A DNA stretch of 63,721 bases, filler included, from Reticulomyxa filosa (taxonomy: Eukaryota; Protista; Foraminifera), in NCBI GenBank assembly GCA_000512085.1. It is 17 parts of 17 records of this genome, joined end to end, with 100 filler letters (N's around TTAATTAATTAA, not from the genome) between each part and the next. Parts side by side here need not be neighbours in the genome. Positions count along the whole stretch, not along the records: positions 1 to 2,828 come from ASPP01025849.1; positions 2,929 to 4,870 come from ASPP01022703.1; positions 4,971 to 8,626 come from ASPP01037699.1; positions 8,727 to 10,582 come from ASPP01049730.1; positions 10,683 to 13,838 come from ASPP01027623.1; 12 more parts are not named here. One strand, written 5' to 3'. Shown here piece after piece: positions 1 to 12,300 of the stretch. The notes under the pieces were generated by a model that worked only from the letters and a program-made list of their open reading frames with translations, made no database searches and had not been told where the DNA came from. Each line of letters starts with the position of its first letter. Position 1 is the first letter of the stretch. The position numbers and the translations under genes are program-made.

Positions 1-271
1 TTCTTTTTCTTCTTTGGTCTCTGCTTTTGTCTTTCCCTCTTTCACCGCTCGTGGCGTTAACAATTCTGCTAGTTTGATGTTCGACGCTTGGAAAAACGTC
101 TTTGGTGAGTTGTACCATGACATTATTGCCGGTATCTAGTATTTGCATCGGTCGCTATTCTTCGCCCTTGCTTTACCCTTGTGTTTTTCTTCTTTTGGAA
201 ATATATGCACACTAATTCCACTATTTGAATTGCGGCACTTACCTCATGGTTGAAGCCAAGAGAGAGAAGGC

Positions 272-502
272 TTGATTCCATTTGTTCTATTTATAGTGAT
301 GACGCTTTATTCTTTCTTTCCACTTCCCTTAGAATTTCAAGTTTTTGATTACGAACACAAAAGCTTTGCCCTTCATATTTTATCAGTTGGTTATTTAGCT
401 ATTTTATTCACAATATTCAAACATATACGTCATCAAAAAATTCCTTATAGATCATTAAAAAAAGTGAATGAAAGTATATCGATTTATGATAGATTAAATT
501 AG
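272..502 (+). CDS. Possible 3' end of a membrane protein gene (fragment)
   Basis: 76-aa ORF with two hydrophobic stretches (IPFVLFIVMTLYSFF; ALHILSVGYLAILFTIF), convergent with EngA; no clean upstream frame. Confidence 0.25.
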   Translation: MIPFVLFIVMTLYSFFPLPLEFQVFDYEHKSFALHILSVGYLAILFTIFKHIRHQKIPYRSLKKVNESISIYDRLN

Positions 503-982
503 CATTTTTCAATTGATTATAAAACTATTTTGATCAATCAAATTGAAAGGTTATTGCCTTCTGATTATTATATTTCAAAATTATATTGCAGTTTCTATTT
601 ACCGACAAAAAAAATCATTACTCAATTAGATGACATTTTTTGTTAGATATATACAGTTTCACTAAATGTGACGACAAATATATTATATTGTTTATGTGTT
701 ATAATAATATAAAATATATTATATATATGTTGTATGTTTATTTAAGATATGGTATTTTGCGTTGACAACGCTAAATTGTATTTATAAGTAAGTAATTTAT
801 TATGAATATTACAAAATTTGTTTGGATGAATGTGAATATATTGAATTATATAATTTGATTATGAGTGGTAATTATTTTTGGTTTAAAATGGAATTAGTTT
901 TTTCTGATAAAGAGAATAAGATTAGTTAAGTAACAAATGATGAATAATTGAATAAAAAAGAAATGTATTAAGTTGATGATGA

Positions 983-2434
983 TTATTTTTGGAATCGATC
1001 AACAGTAAGTTTTTTAGTTTGAATATGTTTGAAAGATTCTGTATTGTCTGTAATCTGTTTTTGTTGCTGTTTGTTTTGTTTTTGAAGTAATCGTAATTGA
1101 ATCCAATCTTCTTTGCACATTTTACCTCCAAGACCAGATCCTTGAAGTTGTTTAATTTTTCCAGTTTGATCTCTTAAATATTGTCGATTATGTTGAACTT
1201 GACCTGAAGACCATAATTTAAGTTGTTTATTATAATTATCTTGTAATAAATCTTCCATTGAACTACGTAATTTAATTCTAATAGGAATTCCAATAAGACC
1301 AAATTCTTGACGTAAAAGTCTTCGAACTTTATAAAAATAATAATCACTAATTAAGCGACTTCCACAAAATCCAATAAATGAAGGAGGACGAATTGTATAT
1401 TGTGTAATATAACGTATTTTAGGATATATATAATTAATGAATCGTCCATGTCGACGAATAATACGAACAAAAGGAGGTGGATAAAGTTTTTGCATTTCAT
1501 AAATAAATCGATTAAGAATAGGTGTTGAAATTCTTGAATTCCATTTTTTATGAATATCAATAACACGTTCTAATAAATTATTAATACCTTTTTTATATTT
1601 AGCTGATGTAATAATAATTGGTAATCCACCAGTTTCTTTAAATACATAAGGTAAGGTATGTTTTAATAAGATGAGTATTTCACGATGTTTTTTAGTCATT
1701 TGATCCCATTTATTAATTACTAATACACATCCTTTTCCTTCATTCATTACATATTCTATAATTTGGCGATCAAATTCATTTATTAAAGTTTTTGCAATAC
1801 GACTTGCTATATTATGAAAATTTTTTCGAATTTTTTCAGTTTGATTATCTTTTAAGATAGAGGATTCTGAATATTCCATTTCTTATTATTTAAAACATAC
1901 AAAATTTATTTAATATTTTTATCAGAATATGAGAGTAAATAAATAATATATATATATATATGTATATATAATATTTATAAGTTTAATTAACCATCTTCAT
2001 TTAAACCAATAGTTGAATCTTTTTCATCATCTTCTTCTACATAATTAAGAAAAAATTGCTTGCCTTTCTTGATATCACCTTCATCAATAACATCCAAGAC
2101 ATCAGGATTAATATCAACAACTATAGCACATACATTACTATGACGAATAGAGCGAAGACATTCTTTCATAGTGAGAAGATTTAATTTTGTTGCTTGATTT
2201 CTTCGTATATATTCACTTCGACGAGTTCCAAGGATACCTGCAGTGTCAATAAGTCGAAATGAGGTTTGTGTAGGAGCATATATCATTGGTACGGCAATAC
2301 TATCTCTTGTGATGCCTGGCATATCTGCAACCAAGCAGCGATCTTCACCTAATATGGCATTCATTAAAGAGGATTTACCAGTATTGGGTCGTCCTATAAT
2401 ACATAATCGTAATTCAAAGTCTTTGGCAATAACA

Positions 2435-2486
<52 letters not shown>

Positions 2487-2828
2487 CATTGTCATTATTA
2501 TTATCATTGTCATTATTATTATCATTGTCATTATTATTATCATTGTCATTATTATTATTGTTCATATCATTTTGTTGCAAATCTTTAACTTTTTCATAAT
2601 CTGCCATTTTCTCATATTTCTCCATTTCCTCTTCCGTTATTTCCACAACATCATTATTATCGTCTTTGGAAATTATCGATTTTAATGTCTTGAATTCCAT
2701 ATTTGCAAATAAATCTGTATTATCTATCCCATAATATTTTGGATCACTCCAATCAATTGATGCAAAATTCTTTTCTTTATTATTTTCATTTGGATCAAAT
2801 TCTAATTGTCCTATCATTTGTTCATTGT
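983..2828 (-). CDS. engA: EngA/Der double-GTPase, ribosome assembly factor (5'-truncated: linker, GD2 and KH-like domain); intron 1882..1991
   Basis: GD2 motifs G1 [12 protein letters not shown]2 PGITRDSI, G3 LIDTAG, G4 VINKWD, G5 ITSAK; C-terminal [10 protein letters not shown]...PKIRYITQ...RPPSF...[14 protein letters not shown] typical of the Der KH-like domain. A GT..AG intron (1991 to 1882) joins the two ORFs in frame (G|AA ATG). Confidence 0.92.
2437..2560. repeat. (ATT)n / (ATTATCATTGTC)-type microsatellite encoding a poly-Asn/Asp linker in EngA
   Basis: Directly visible; translates to NNNNDND repeats on the minus strand. Confidence 0.95.
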
Positions 2829-2928
2829 NNNNNNNNNNNNNNNNNNNNNNNNNNNNNNNNNNNNNNNNNNNNTTAATTAATTAANNNNNNNNNNNNNNNN
2901 NNNNNNNNNNNNNNNNNNNNNNNNNNNN
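2829..2928. other. Artificial contig spacer (N44-TTAATTAATTAA-N44); first of 16, others start at 4871, 8627, 10583, 13839, 15227, 16692, 22112, 28953, 36101, 37754, 38893, 52861, 54684, 56526, 61822
   Basis: Identical 100-bp block repeated 16 times; the 12-mer gives TAA stops in all six frames, a standard concatenation linker. Confidence 0.99.
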
Positions 2929-4970
2929 ACAGCAACAAAGATTCAGTGTTGCAAGTTAAATGGAACATCATCGAACAGATACAACAAGTAAAAAAGTAAA
3001 CTATTTGCGAATTGAAGTGAACAGTATCTAGATACAATCGCGAACTCAAGGTACGGAGTTGCCCAATATTGATTATAGTGAACATATCCGTTAACAATTG
3101 TGAGTGGCGCAGAATTATTGAAGATAAATTGTGCCGGCAGATAGCGACAAGTTTTCAAGCGTGAAGAAAGATGAAGATCGTTATTATCAATGCATAAGTG
3201 GGCCAGTCTTTTGCGCAACAAGAATCGGCACATTACGTTTTGCAGTGCCAATCGGGGCAGTTTTGAGTGTGGGCTATTCTTTGTTGATATTTACGTGAAT
3301 ACCAGAGTCAAGCGAATGTCGTCTTGAATATTATGTACAAATATTTTTTGATTTGTTGTCATTCTTTCACGTGCGAATCACATATCGTCGAAGAATGTAA
3401 TTTCTTATTTCAATTCAAAGTCAAGTCGTGGTCCACATTCTTGTAAAACATTGTTATCGATTTGATTTGAGATATTAAAAATGTTTCAAATGGATTATCG
3501 AAAAGAATTGCACAATGCAAGGATTTATTGCTTGTAATACAGTATATAATGTATCATTTTTGCTATGTGCGTTTAATTTAATTACTGCCCCATTGCCACT
3601 ACACTTTTTTATCGACGCCAACTATTGGGTATAAATGCATCGAAAGTATATGGATATTGGTTGATTATACTTCCGGACTCACTTCCAATTTGATGACCGA
3701 TCATACAATATCGCGCAAAGATTTGGCTTTTTCTATTCTCGATCAAGCAAGAAATATCAAAATTGACAAGCAGCTCAAGCACGTATTACAGAAAAAGCCG
3801 CACTCAATCAAAAGAACACACCCATCGATATTTGCAATCAGTGGTCTCAATTATCGCATCTCCTTAATATCTCTACATGTTCAAACATCGCCTTCAAATA
3901 TCGTGCTAAGATACCTGTGGATAGTCATTGTCATATCTTGAAGACAATCAATCTTATTTCAGACAAATAACCCTCCAGACAACGACATAAATTCAAATTT
4001 AACATGGTCTAGTATTACCTTCGAATAGAAATGCGTACGCAATCTCACTTGATGCAACATAGCGGGACGACAATAGATCAATTGCTGTCATTTTTATATC
4101 GCATCCATGCAATGCGCACAACTAAGTCATTCGAGCCAGTGGTGAACTGTACGATATGACAACACAGCTCACAGCATTGAATATAGACTATTTTATCTAT
4201 CAGATCAATGGATGTGGTCGCCGTTATCATTGACACGTACGGAAAAGTAATTGACGTATCATTGTTTGGCTCTTCTCCTGCAGCTGTATATTCCAATCAC
4301 AAGACAAAAGACAGCAACCCAAAAGATTATATCCAATTGAGACATTGGGACCCACATGAAAGCGTCAGATATTGTGAACAAGTGGTTAAAAGCCGCTCAC
4401 CGGGCATATGTAATAAGTATTCCATTGGATATTGCGTCTTTGGTTGTTGTGCAAGAATTGAATACCTTATTCTCGATTACATGTGGTATTGAGTGCTTTT
4501 CGCAGACACTTGGGCACCTCCAACAATGGCGCTGCTCGAATTAACTACATCTAAATTTGTGTTACCACAGGAAGAAAGCCATGATCATATCAACGGACAT
4601 AAATGTAACTGTGTACGAGTCATCGAGAATAAAGAAAGTGATGTGAATCAGTATCCATTAACTGAATACATTTGCAACAGTGTGATTGCCCAATTCTGGT
4701 AAATATCGTAATTATATCACAAAAAATGGATTGCTTCGTGGTGAATCCACAAATCGATCCATACAATTAAAGAAAGGAACGAGAAAACCTTTCTGTGATT
4801 GTAGTGAATGTAATTGTGATTTTACCATTGGATAACGGCAGCATAAAATTATGGAATAGTGAATTGGTCGNNNNNNNNNNNNNNNNNNNNNNNNNNNNNN
4901 NNNNNNNNNNNNNNTTAATTAATTAANNNNNNNNNNNNNNNNNNNNNNNNNNNNNNNNNNNNNNNNNNNN

Positions 4971-7900
4971 ACTTATCGAAAAGATTGGAAAATATGAGCG
5001 CGAAATCGATAACAAAGGCGTGGGCTACATATTCGATATACTCAATGCTCCAAGAGCTGAAAAAGTATTACATTATTTGAAAAAATGCAAAGAGACTACT
5101 TTTTCTTTTACAGACATTGTGACAGTCAACGATCAAAGCGTAGAGAAAAAGCAAAGTACATTGAGACAAGATCTTGCCGCGATATTATGTTTGATAGAAC
5201 GCTATTTGCAATGTTACGGTGAATTTGTTCAAAATCAACTCCGATCGTTGGATTATACGGAAATCTCGTCAGCACTCGATACAGATACGAATGAGTTTAT
5301 GGAAAAAGTGGAGGTGATTGTGAATCGATTGTATGAGATAAATAAATTAGAAAAGAATCACCATGTGATATTTGCATTTTTCCCTCAGGACATGATGAAA
5401 CAATTCCACAGCAAACTTGAAAATATTTGGTGGAACTTGTCCGATGACATGATGAAATTGGAAAAACAAAGTAATCTACCAGAATTGAAATCCAAACTAT
5501 TTGTAATCAAGACATTAATTGCCTTGGATGACTACACCAAACCCAATTGTAAATTTCGTGATTTATTTTTTAAGCATCAAGAGGCTCTATTTAATAATAT
5601 CATCGACACTAGCAAAGTGTTTAAAGCCATGGATGAGCATCGTTACATTGATGTCGCTGCACAAATGTTCAAAATCAATCAACGCAAAGATGGAGATGTG
5701 CAAGTGGAAAGAGCCTTTGAGGAGCTCAAAAACTCTCTGTCACGTTCGTTGAGAGCTTTGGCCAAAACTACAATGATGAAAGTGTTGACTCTGGGCGATA
5801 ATGAAGTGGATTTAGAAAATGCGATCAATTTAGAGGCACAATTGCAAGCAATCGAAGATGCCAAAAATTATGTGTTTGACTATGTAGGGGAAAATACTAT
5901 GAAAGAAATCGAAAAGATAGAGTCTGAAACGAAATCATCAATCGAAAGGTGGCTGTTTAAAGTGGTGGCGATTGTGAAGGCTGCCATCAATTGCTACAAT
6001 TTCGAGGAAGCGGAGGAGAAGATCAAACTGATCCGAAAATTTACTCGCATTTTAGGGAACCGTTTCGAGCAAACTTCCTTTGATGACAACAAAGAAGAAA
6101 AGACGAAGGAAGAAACCGACAAAATTTCCAATAGTATCGATCAATTGGAACGACAACTGCAAAAAGTATTGGAAGAAGTTATCGAAAAATATAAAAAGAT
6201 TAATTTAAAGACATCTGATTTTAACCCATATGCTTCCAATCCACCCAAGAATCTGTATACCAAATTGGAAAAAGTGATGCATACTGCCTCCACGTATAAT
6301 TACAAAGAGTCATGGGATGCAGTTGAAGAGGACATTACCCAGAAAGTCCGAGAGCAATTACAAGAGGTTCGCAAACAAGTGAAAGACCTCAATTCGCGAG
6401 AAGTAGAGGCACGTATCCGAGTTTGTGAATCAGTGTTAAATTCGTTGCCCAAACACATGCAAGAAATACTTAAAGAAGAAATCAAACAATGTCATGATGA
6501 TATAAAGTGTGACCTCGAACATAGTTCAAAAGAAGTAGAACAAGTAATTCAGAAAAAAAATGCACAGGAGATAAAGGAATTACTTAGTCGTAGTACTCAA
6601 AGTCAAAAGAAAAAGATTGAACTTGGTGTGGATAAAATAGTGCAAGATATTGTATCACGAATGGACAGACAATGGACGGAAGAGGATACAGAAGGAGCAC
6701 TCAAAAATTTTGTTGAGTTAGCTTGCTTTACCAATACGTTAAAAAGTGAAGTAGATCTTGGTCGATACTTTAGCAATGCTCGCAACAACTTGGAAAATAT
6801 GTTCAACAAATATCAAAAAAATATTATCACCAATTTTGATTCGCTTGATCAAGACACGAGTACGTTGAAATGGATGGAAAAGGCATTTACCTTTATAATT
6901 TCCTGTATCGAGTTGAAAACAGCTAATGGCATTAATGCAAACGCATTGCTGCCATCCAATTTTAACATAAAGATTAAAGAATTGGATGACAAAACCTGGG
7001 ATTATTTCGCTTCATTTCAGGAACGATATAAAAAGAGTTTAAACGCCACACATGCCGCGGAATTAAATACCGTGTTGAACACGCTGAAAATAGTCGGCAG
7101 TGAGGGTCCATTTTTGCAAAAAGTACGAATATTTATGAGGAAAAAAGTGGAGTGTGGTATCCCCGAAGACTTTCCAACTCGCAAATTTTTTCAATATTCT
7201 GAAATGATACTTGATCTTAATGTACACTTGGAAAATATGGTGGATGATATAACCAACGAAGGAATTGTCAATGGAAAGACTAAAAATAGCGACGTGGAAC
7301 GAGATCGATATTTTAGTCAACTCAGAGAAAAAATTGACTTTCTCAAACAGGTGTCACAATGGAAAAGTTATATTACCAATCCCCAAAAACTAACTAGTTA
7401 CGAATCTGCTCTGGAAAAGGAGGTAGAGGGCCTTATGAACCGTATTCGAGAAATCACAAAATGGAGTCGGGAAGACTGTAGTCAGATCGTCCAGTGTTAC
7501 TATTGTTTTATATCAATGAAAAAAAATGGAATCCTTTTGGGTGTTGTGAAATCGCAAATTGACGCCATTGATAGAATGGTGCAAGACCGAGTGCTGAAAC
7601 TGAAAAACGAAGCTATCAACAACTTAGATATTGATCATATCATACCTCATTTGGTGTCCATGAAAATGATATCGATATGTATATTCAGCTTCAAAGAAAT
7701 GGTAAACAAACACATTGACGATCTCTTGAATATTTACAAAAGACAACACAAAGATGGCGTTAGTATTTCCAAACTTGCACTGAAGTTGGAAAAGGATCCA
7801 AGTGGAATTGGTGAAACTATTGTTGCTGAACACAACGCATTTAAAGGATATAATGTGGCTCTATTCAATGTCAAGACCAAGTCACATGGGGTTGACTACG

Positions 7901-8626
7901 TGTTAGAAAAAATTGATGGTAAAGGTGACAAAATAATGATCGACAGATTAAATAGAAAATATGTTGCATTTGAAAAGTGTTACAAACGTTTGATAGAAGA
8001 GAATTTACGAGAAAGTAATCTCAATCTCTCTATTTTGGTGAATAATGCCAAACGATCTGCTGGTGGTATCGAACAAAAACAAATGAGTGTCAAATGGGAT
8101 GCCAACATTCGTGACAAATGCCTGAGTTAATGGCCCATATTTTTGCAGTATGGACATTGCAAAATGCACATTTTTATTTCGATGCAAAAGGAGTGCAAGA
8201 TCAAGATTCTTATCTGTTGCAACCACATGCAGCACAAGTAATTGCAATCTTTCGTATGTTGGGGATTGATGAAAACAAGCCAGGATTGACAAATAATTTG
8301 GTTCAAATCGGAACTGGTGAGGGTAAGTCTGTAACTCTGGCAGTTACATCTTGTGTGTTGGCATTACTGGGCTTTGGTGTGAGTTGTGCATCATACAGTG
8401 AATATTTGAGTTGCAGAGATTTTAAAAGTTTTGAGTCACTGTTTAATGCATTTGGTGTTGTGGATCGCATTCATTATGGTACATTCAACAAACTCTATGA
8501 GCGTATCATCAACGAGGGAGGTGATGTTCGCAGACTTGTGGAAAAGTTGATTTTTTCTGATGATGAAAAAAAGGGTATGGACACACCACGTGTCACTCGT
8601 GCTAGAGTGTTATTGATTGATGAAGT
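4971..8626 (+). CDS. Large alpha-helical protein with C-terminal SecA-DEAD-like (SF2) ATPase domain; truncated at both ends; 1-nt frameshift at ~8116-8118
   Basis: >1000 aa helical ORF followed, after a frame change, by LLQPHAAQVIAIF (Q motif), VQIGTGEGKSVTLA (SecA-type Walker A TGEGK), SYSEYLSCRD (SecA TVNDYLARRD-like), IHYGT and LLIDEV (Walker B). Confidence 0.8.
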
Positions 8627-9029
8627 NNNNNNNNNNNNNNNNNNNNNNNNNNNNNNNNNNNNNNNNNNNNTTAATTAATTAANNNNNNNNNNNNNNNNNN
8701 NNNNNNNNNNNNNNNNNNNNNNNNNNAATAAGTTGGTATTGCGTTTGTGTTAATCGAACAGCGGATAAAATATTTGAAGCTGTAAAGCAAAATATGGAAA
8801 CAAGATTAAAGAAGTCAAAGAGCAAACCGAAGGATTACTCTGTTAACGATTAACAAGCGAACTCATTATTATTATTATTTTTTAATTGTTATTTTGTAAG
8901 AATTCATATGTGTGATGTCATAGTGATGAATATAAAATTAAAAAAACAGGGGGAAATTGCAACATTGGATGATACAGATCAAAAGAGTATTACAAGCTCC
9001 GTTTTAATGGAAACATCTCCCAGGTCAGC

Positions 9030-9650
9030 CAAAAGACCCAAAAAAAGTATGAATCGACGTATCGACATTGGAGACTCCATTGTATAAAGGTGTATTGAGT
9101 GTAGGTGCCATCAAGTAAAGCACATTAGAAGAACAAAAATTATAAGAACTAAATTTGGAAGTCAATGATATAGTAACCATATCACAAGATCGTGTTGGAA
9201 TTGTATGATACATTGGCGAAGCAAATTTCTTTTGGGGAACAGTCGCTGGTCTTGAATTACAAAAAAATTCAAAAGGAAAGAATAGTGGACACATTGACAA
9301 AATCAAATATTTTGAATGCAAACCTTCAAAAGAGTTGTTTATCAAATCAATGGCCATTACAAAAGCAGAAAAATCAAAACAAAAAAAACAACAACTCCAA
9401 ATCGCAGTAATAGCAACATTAATAACTCTAAAAATCCTGGAGAAAAACGAAAATCGGAAAATGACCACTCGTAAAGATAATGCCGATTTACTCAAAGATT
9501 TGAATCGAAAACAAGATAAATTAATACCATGGGAATGGCCCGGAAAATTTAAACAAAAAACGGAACAGGAAAGATTGGATCGTTTTGGAATTGATGTCGG
9601 AGATTGTGTTCAATTGAACAAACGAGAAAGACCGGTCATTATGTTATTGG
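9030..9650 (+). pseudogene. CAP-Gly domain protein pseudogene
   Basis: From 9155: LEVNDIVTISQDRVGIV*YIGEANFFWGTVAGLELQKNSKGKNSGHIDKIKYFECKPSKELFIK, a CAP-Gly domain (GKNDG-like GKNSG, KYFEC) with in-frame TGA at 9206-9208 where Arg is expected; more stops upstream; a second CAP-Gly start (IDVGDCVQL) breaks off near 9640. Confidence 0.8.
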
Positions 9651-10280
9651 AGCGCTGGGAGGCTCATGTTGGTAGACACTTGTGGATTTGCTTTGCATTT
9701 ACTTATGCTTTGCTTCCTCACAACTCGTATATCGCTGTCTGTGCAAACTGTTTCATTACTGCTGTGCACGCTATTGTGTTGGAGTGTTCCTCCAATGCTG
9801 CGCTTGGAAATGCTGTGACTGCGATGCTTGTGTCCTTCCTTGCTGGGTTGTCGGAGATGATGGGCCTTCTTGGGAACCTGCGCCGAGCAATAAAAGTGGC
9901 ACAAATATCAGTGTTAAGAAAGACAACGAACGTGAACAGTTCTATGATATTGAAATTTAAATATTCTTGCTCTGACTGTTGTTGTTTTGTTTCATTTGTG
10001 ATTTAATACATTTGAGGCGCAAGTGCAACCATTTTTTTTTCTTTTTTTGTTTTTGTTCCTCTCGCGAATGTTTGGTTTTTAAAAAAATTTTTCTTTGTTA
10101 ATGGAATTATTTTTATGTATTCAAAGACCAGCCTGTAGTTCAACTTTCTTAAAAAACTCATACTTTTCAAGTTAGAACCAAAAGGAGGGAAGAGGAAGAT
10201 AATGGATTTAGTTTTGTTTATCCGATAAATCGAACAATCTTTTTGCTTTGCAGACTTGAGAGATTTAGTTTAGACAAGAC

Positions 10281-10582
10281 ATGAGTGCGCCAGAGACACC
10301 AGAAGCGCTTGGGTCAGCAAAAGGTATTATCGACGCAGACTGGAGCAAAGAGCGTAAGAAACTGTCGTTCGAAGAGCTTGCCAGCCAATCAAAAAACGGA
10401 ATATTCTATTGCCAAGTGGTAATACGATTGCTAACAAAAGTGTGCGAAAGTTACGATGGACTGGCAAAATCCATCGACTCAATAATGAAGCAAGAGCTCG
10501 TAACAATCAAAAAGTACAGCTCTACCAACAGCAGCAGCAACAATAACAATAGCAATAACAATAACAATAACAATAACAATAA
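10281..10582 (+). CDS. 5' end of a gene, N-terminus resembling an FCH/F-BAR domain
   Basis: ATG-initiated ORF running to the contig end; FEELASQSKNGIFYCQVVIRLLTKVCESYDGLAKSI resembles the FCH helix pattern (F..L....K.G...C..L...L......Y.K.L). Confidence 0.4.
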
Positions 10583-10682
10583 NNNNNNNNNNNNNNNNNN
10601 NNNNNNNNNNNNNNNNNNNNNNNNNNTTAATTAATTAANNNNNNNNNNNNNNNNNNNNNNNNNNNNNNNNNNNNNNNNNNNN

Positions 10683-12300
10683 ACACGATTCAAATCCAAA
10701 ACTTGCGCATGTGCGTACGCACACAATCAGTTTCAATTATTGTTCTGAGTTGATAAAATTAGCGCTATATTTCCACTACAACCAAGTTTCCATTGTTCGT
10801 TCGTTGGCACCAGTAGCTCGAAATTCGACACCATCTTTGCGTCTAATTGTTGGCGTGGTACAGCGTCAGAGACTTGTGTCTGTTTACGTTGATTGTAAAC
10901 CAGTTCTTTGCAATACTTCGTGCCATCACTGCTAGACATTGCCCTATTTGTTTAATACTTTACATTAGGGCGCTATTTGAAGTTGGTCTACGTTCCCAGG
11001 TGGCGATTTTGCGCGTTTCGAGACTTAAAGAGCAAATCAATTACTAATTTCAATAAAGCATGCCAACTGCTTTCTTTTTTTTCTTTGAACAAATTCAACT
11101 TGAACGGGTTTGATATTATCTTTCTTCTTTTCATCGTCATCTTCATCTTCTTTCTTGCAGGTGTCTTGGAGTTTCGGCACAACTAAATTGGACCATTCTT
11201 ATATATAATGATTCTCCCGATGTAGTTGTTGATCCGGTTGCAACGTCGATTATTTTATAACAATGTTCACGTTCTGTCCTTCTTCGTCTTCCACTTCTTG
11301 CTTTCTTGAGTACTACCCAACACGTCATTTGTAGTTCATGGCTGATCCAGAGGCAGTTCGGCAAAGATAGCAGACGTTTGTTCGACAAACGCAAGGCAAA
11401 CATCTCTTGCAGTGACGGACTTGGAAAATGCAACTAGTATCTTTCTTCGACGATTAACAATGGCAAATGTTTCACGAGCTCAAGGCCTCTTCATCAGTGT
11501 ACGCACGATCCAAATCCAAAGTTGCGGATGTGCGCGCGCACACACAACAAGTTTTGGAATGATGGCCAATTTATGCGTTAAAAAAATTAGTGTGATTTTA
11601 ATAACTCCAATTGTTTACTGTTCATTGACCCTATAGATCCAGTTTGACACCCTTTGGTGCTGTGCCGCGCCAACTATTATCCGTATAAACTCTTGTGCGC
11701 TTGTGTTGATGCCAAACGTTATTTACAATGCTTCGAACTGCCATTGCTTGAAATTGCCGCACTCGTTTCAAGTTTCCCATTGTGGTGCGATATAAAAGTT
11801 GGTCCACGCCCGCGAGTGGAGACTTTGCGCGTTCCTATGTATAAAGAACAATTCTATACCAAAACTCAACAAATCCGTCTGACTGATTATTTTTTTAAAA
11901 AAATTCAAAGCGACACGTACTTACTATTTTGTTTCTCTTCATCATCCTAATCATCACAACCTTTTTTTTCTTGCTTGCCACTGTGTTGATTGAGTTTCGC
12001 CATAACTTCTACACCACTTTTCACGATATATCACGTTCTTTTTTTCTTCTTGGGAAACTTGCTTTCATCTCTGTTGGCACTAACGATTATTCACATCGGC
12101 ATACTCAAATTAAAAACCAAAGTCGCAAATGTGCACACGCACACTACCAGTTTCGACACTAGTATTTTGATCTATTTTTTAACACCTGAGTTTCCATTGT
12201 CTTTGAATTTTGTAAACCACAGTTCAACGCAATCTTTGCGGATAATTGTTGACGTTGCAAAGCGCCAGACACTTGTGTAAAACTATGTTGATTGGCAAGT
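10683..12300. repeat. Degenerate tandem duplication, ~820-bp unit (two copies plus a partial third)
   Basis: Shared anchors at 10683/11503/~12100 (CACGAT.CAAATCCAAA..TTGCG.ATGTGCG..CGCACAC), 10981/11797 (AGTTGGTC.ACG...G.GTGG.GA.TTTGCGCGTT), 11169/11992 (GAGTTTCG.CA.AACT) and 10831/12230; no intact ORF. Confidence 0.75.

Noticed and set aside
2873-2884. Recurrent TTAATTAATTAA as a biological repeat or CRISPR-like array
   Set aside because: Always centred in N runs of fixed length; an artificial linker.
2929-4870. Coding-like stretches on the plus strand
   Set aside because: Broken by many stops with no recognisable motif; probably a decayed gene that I cannot assign.
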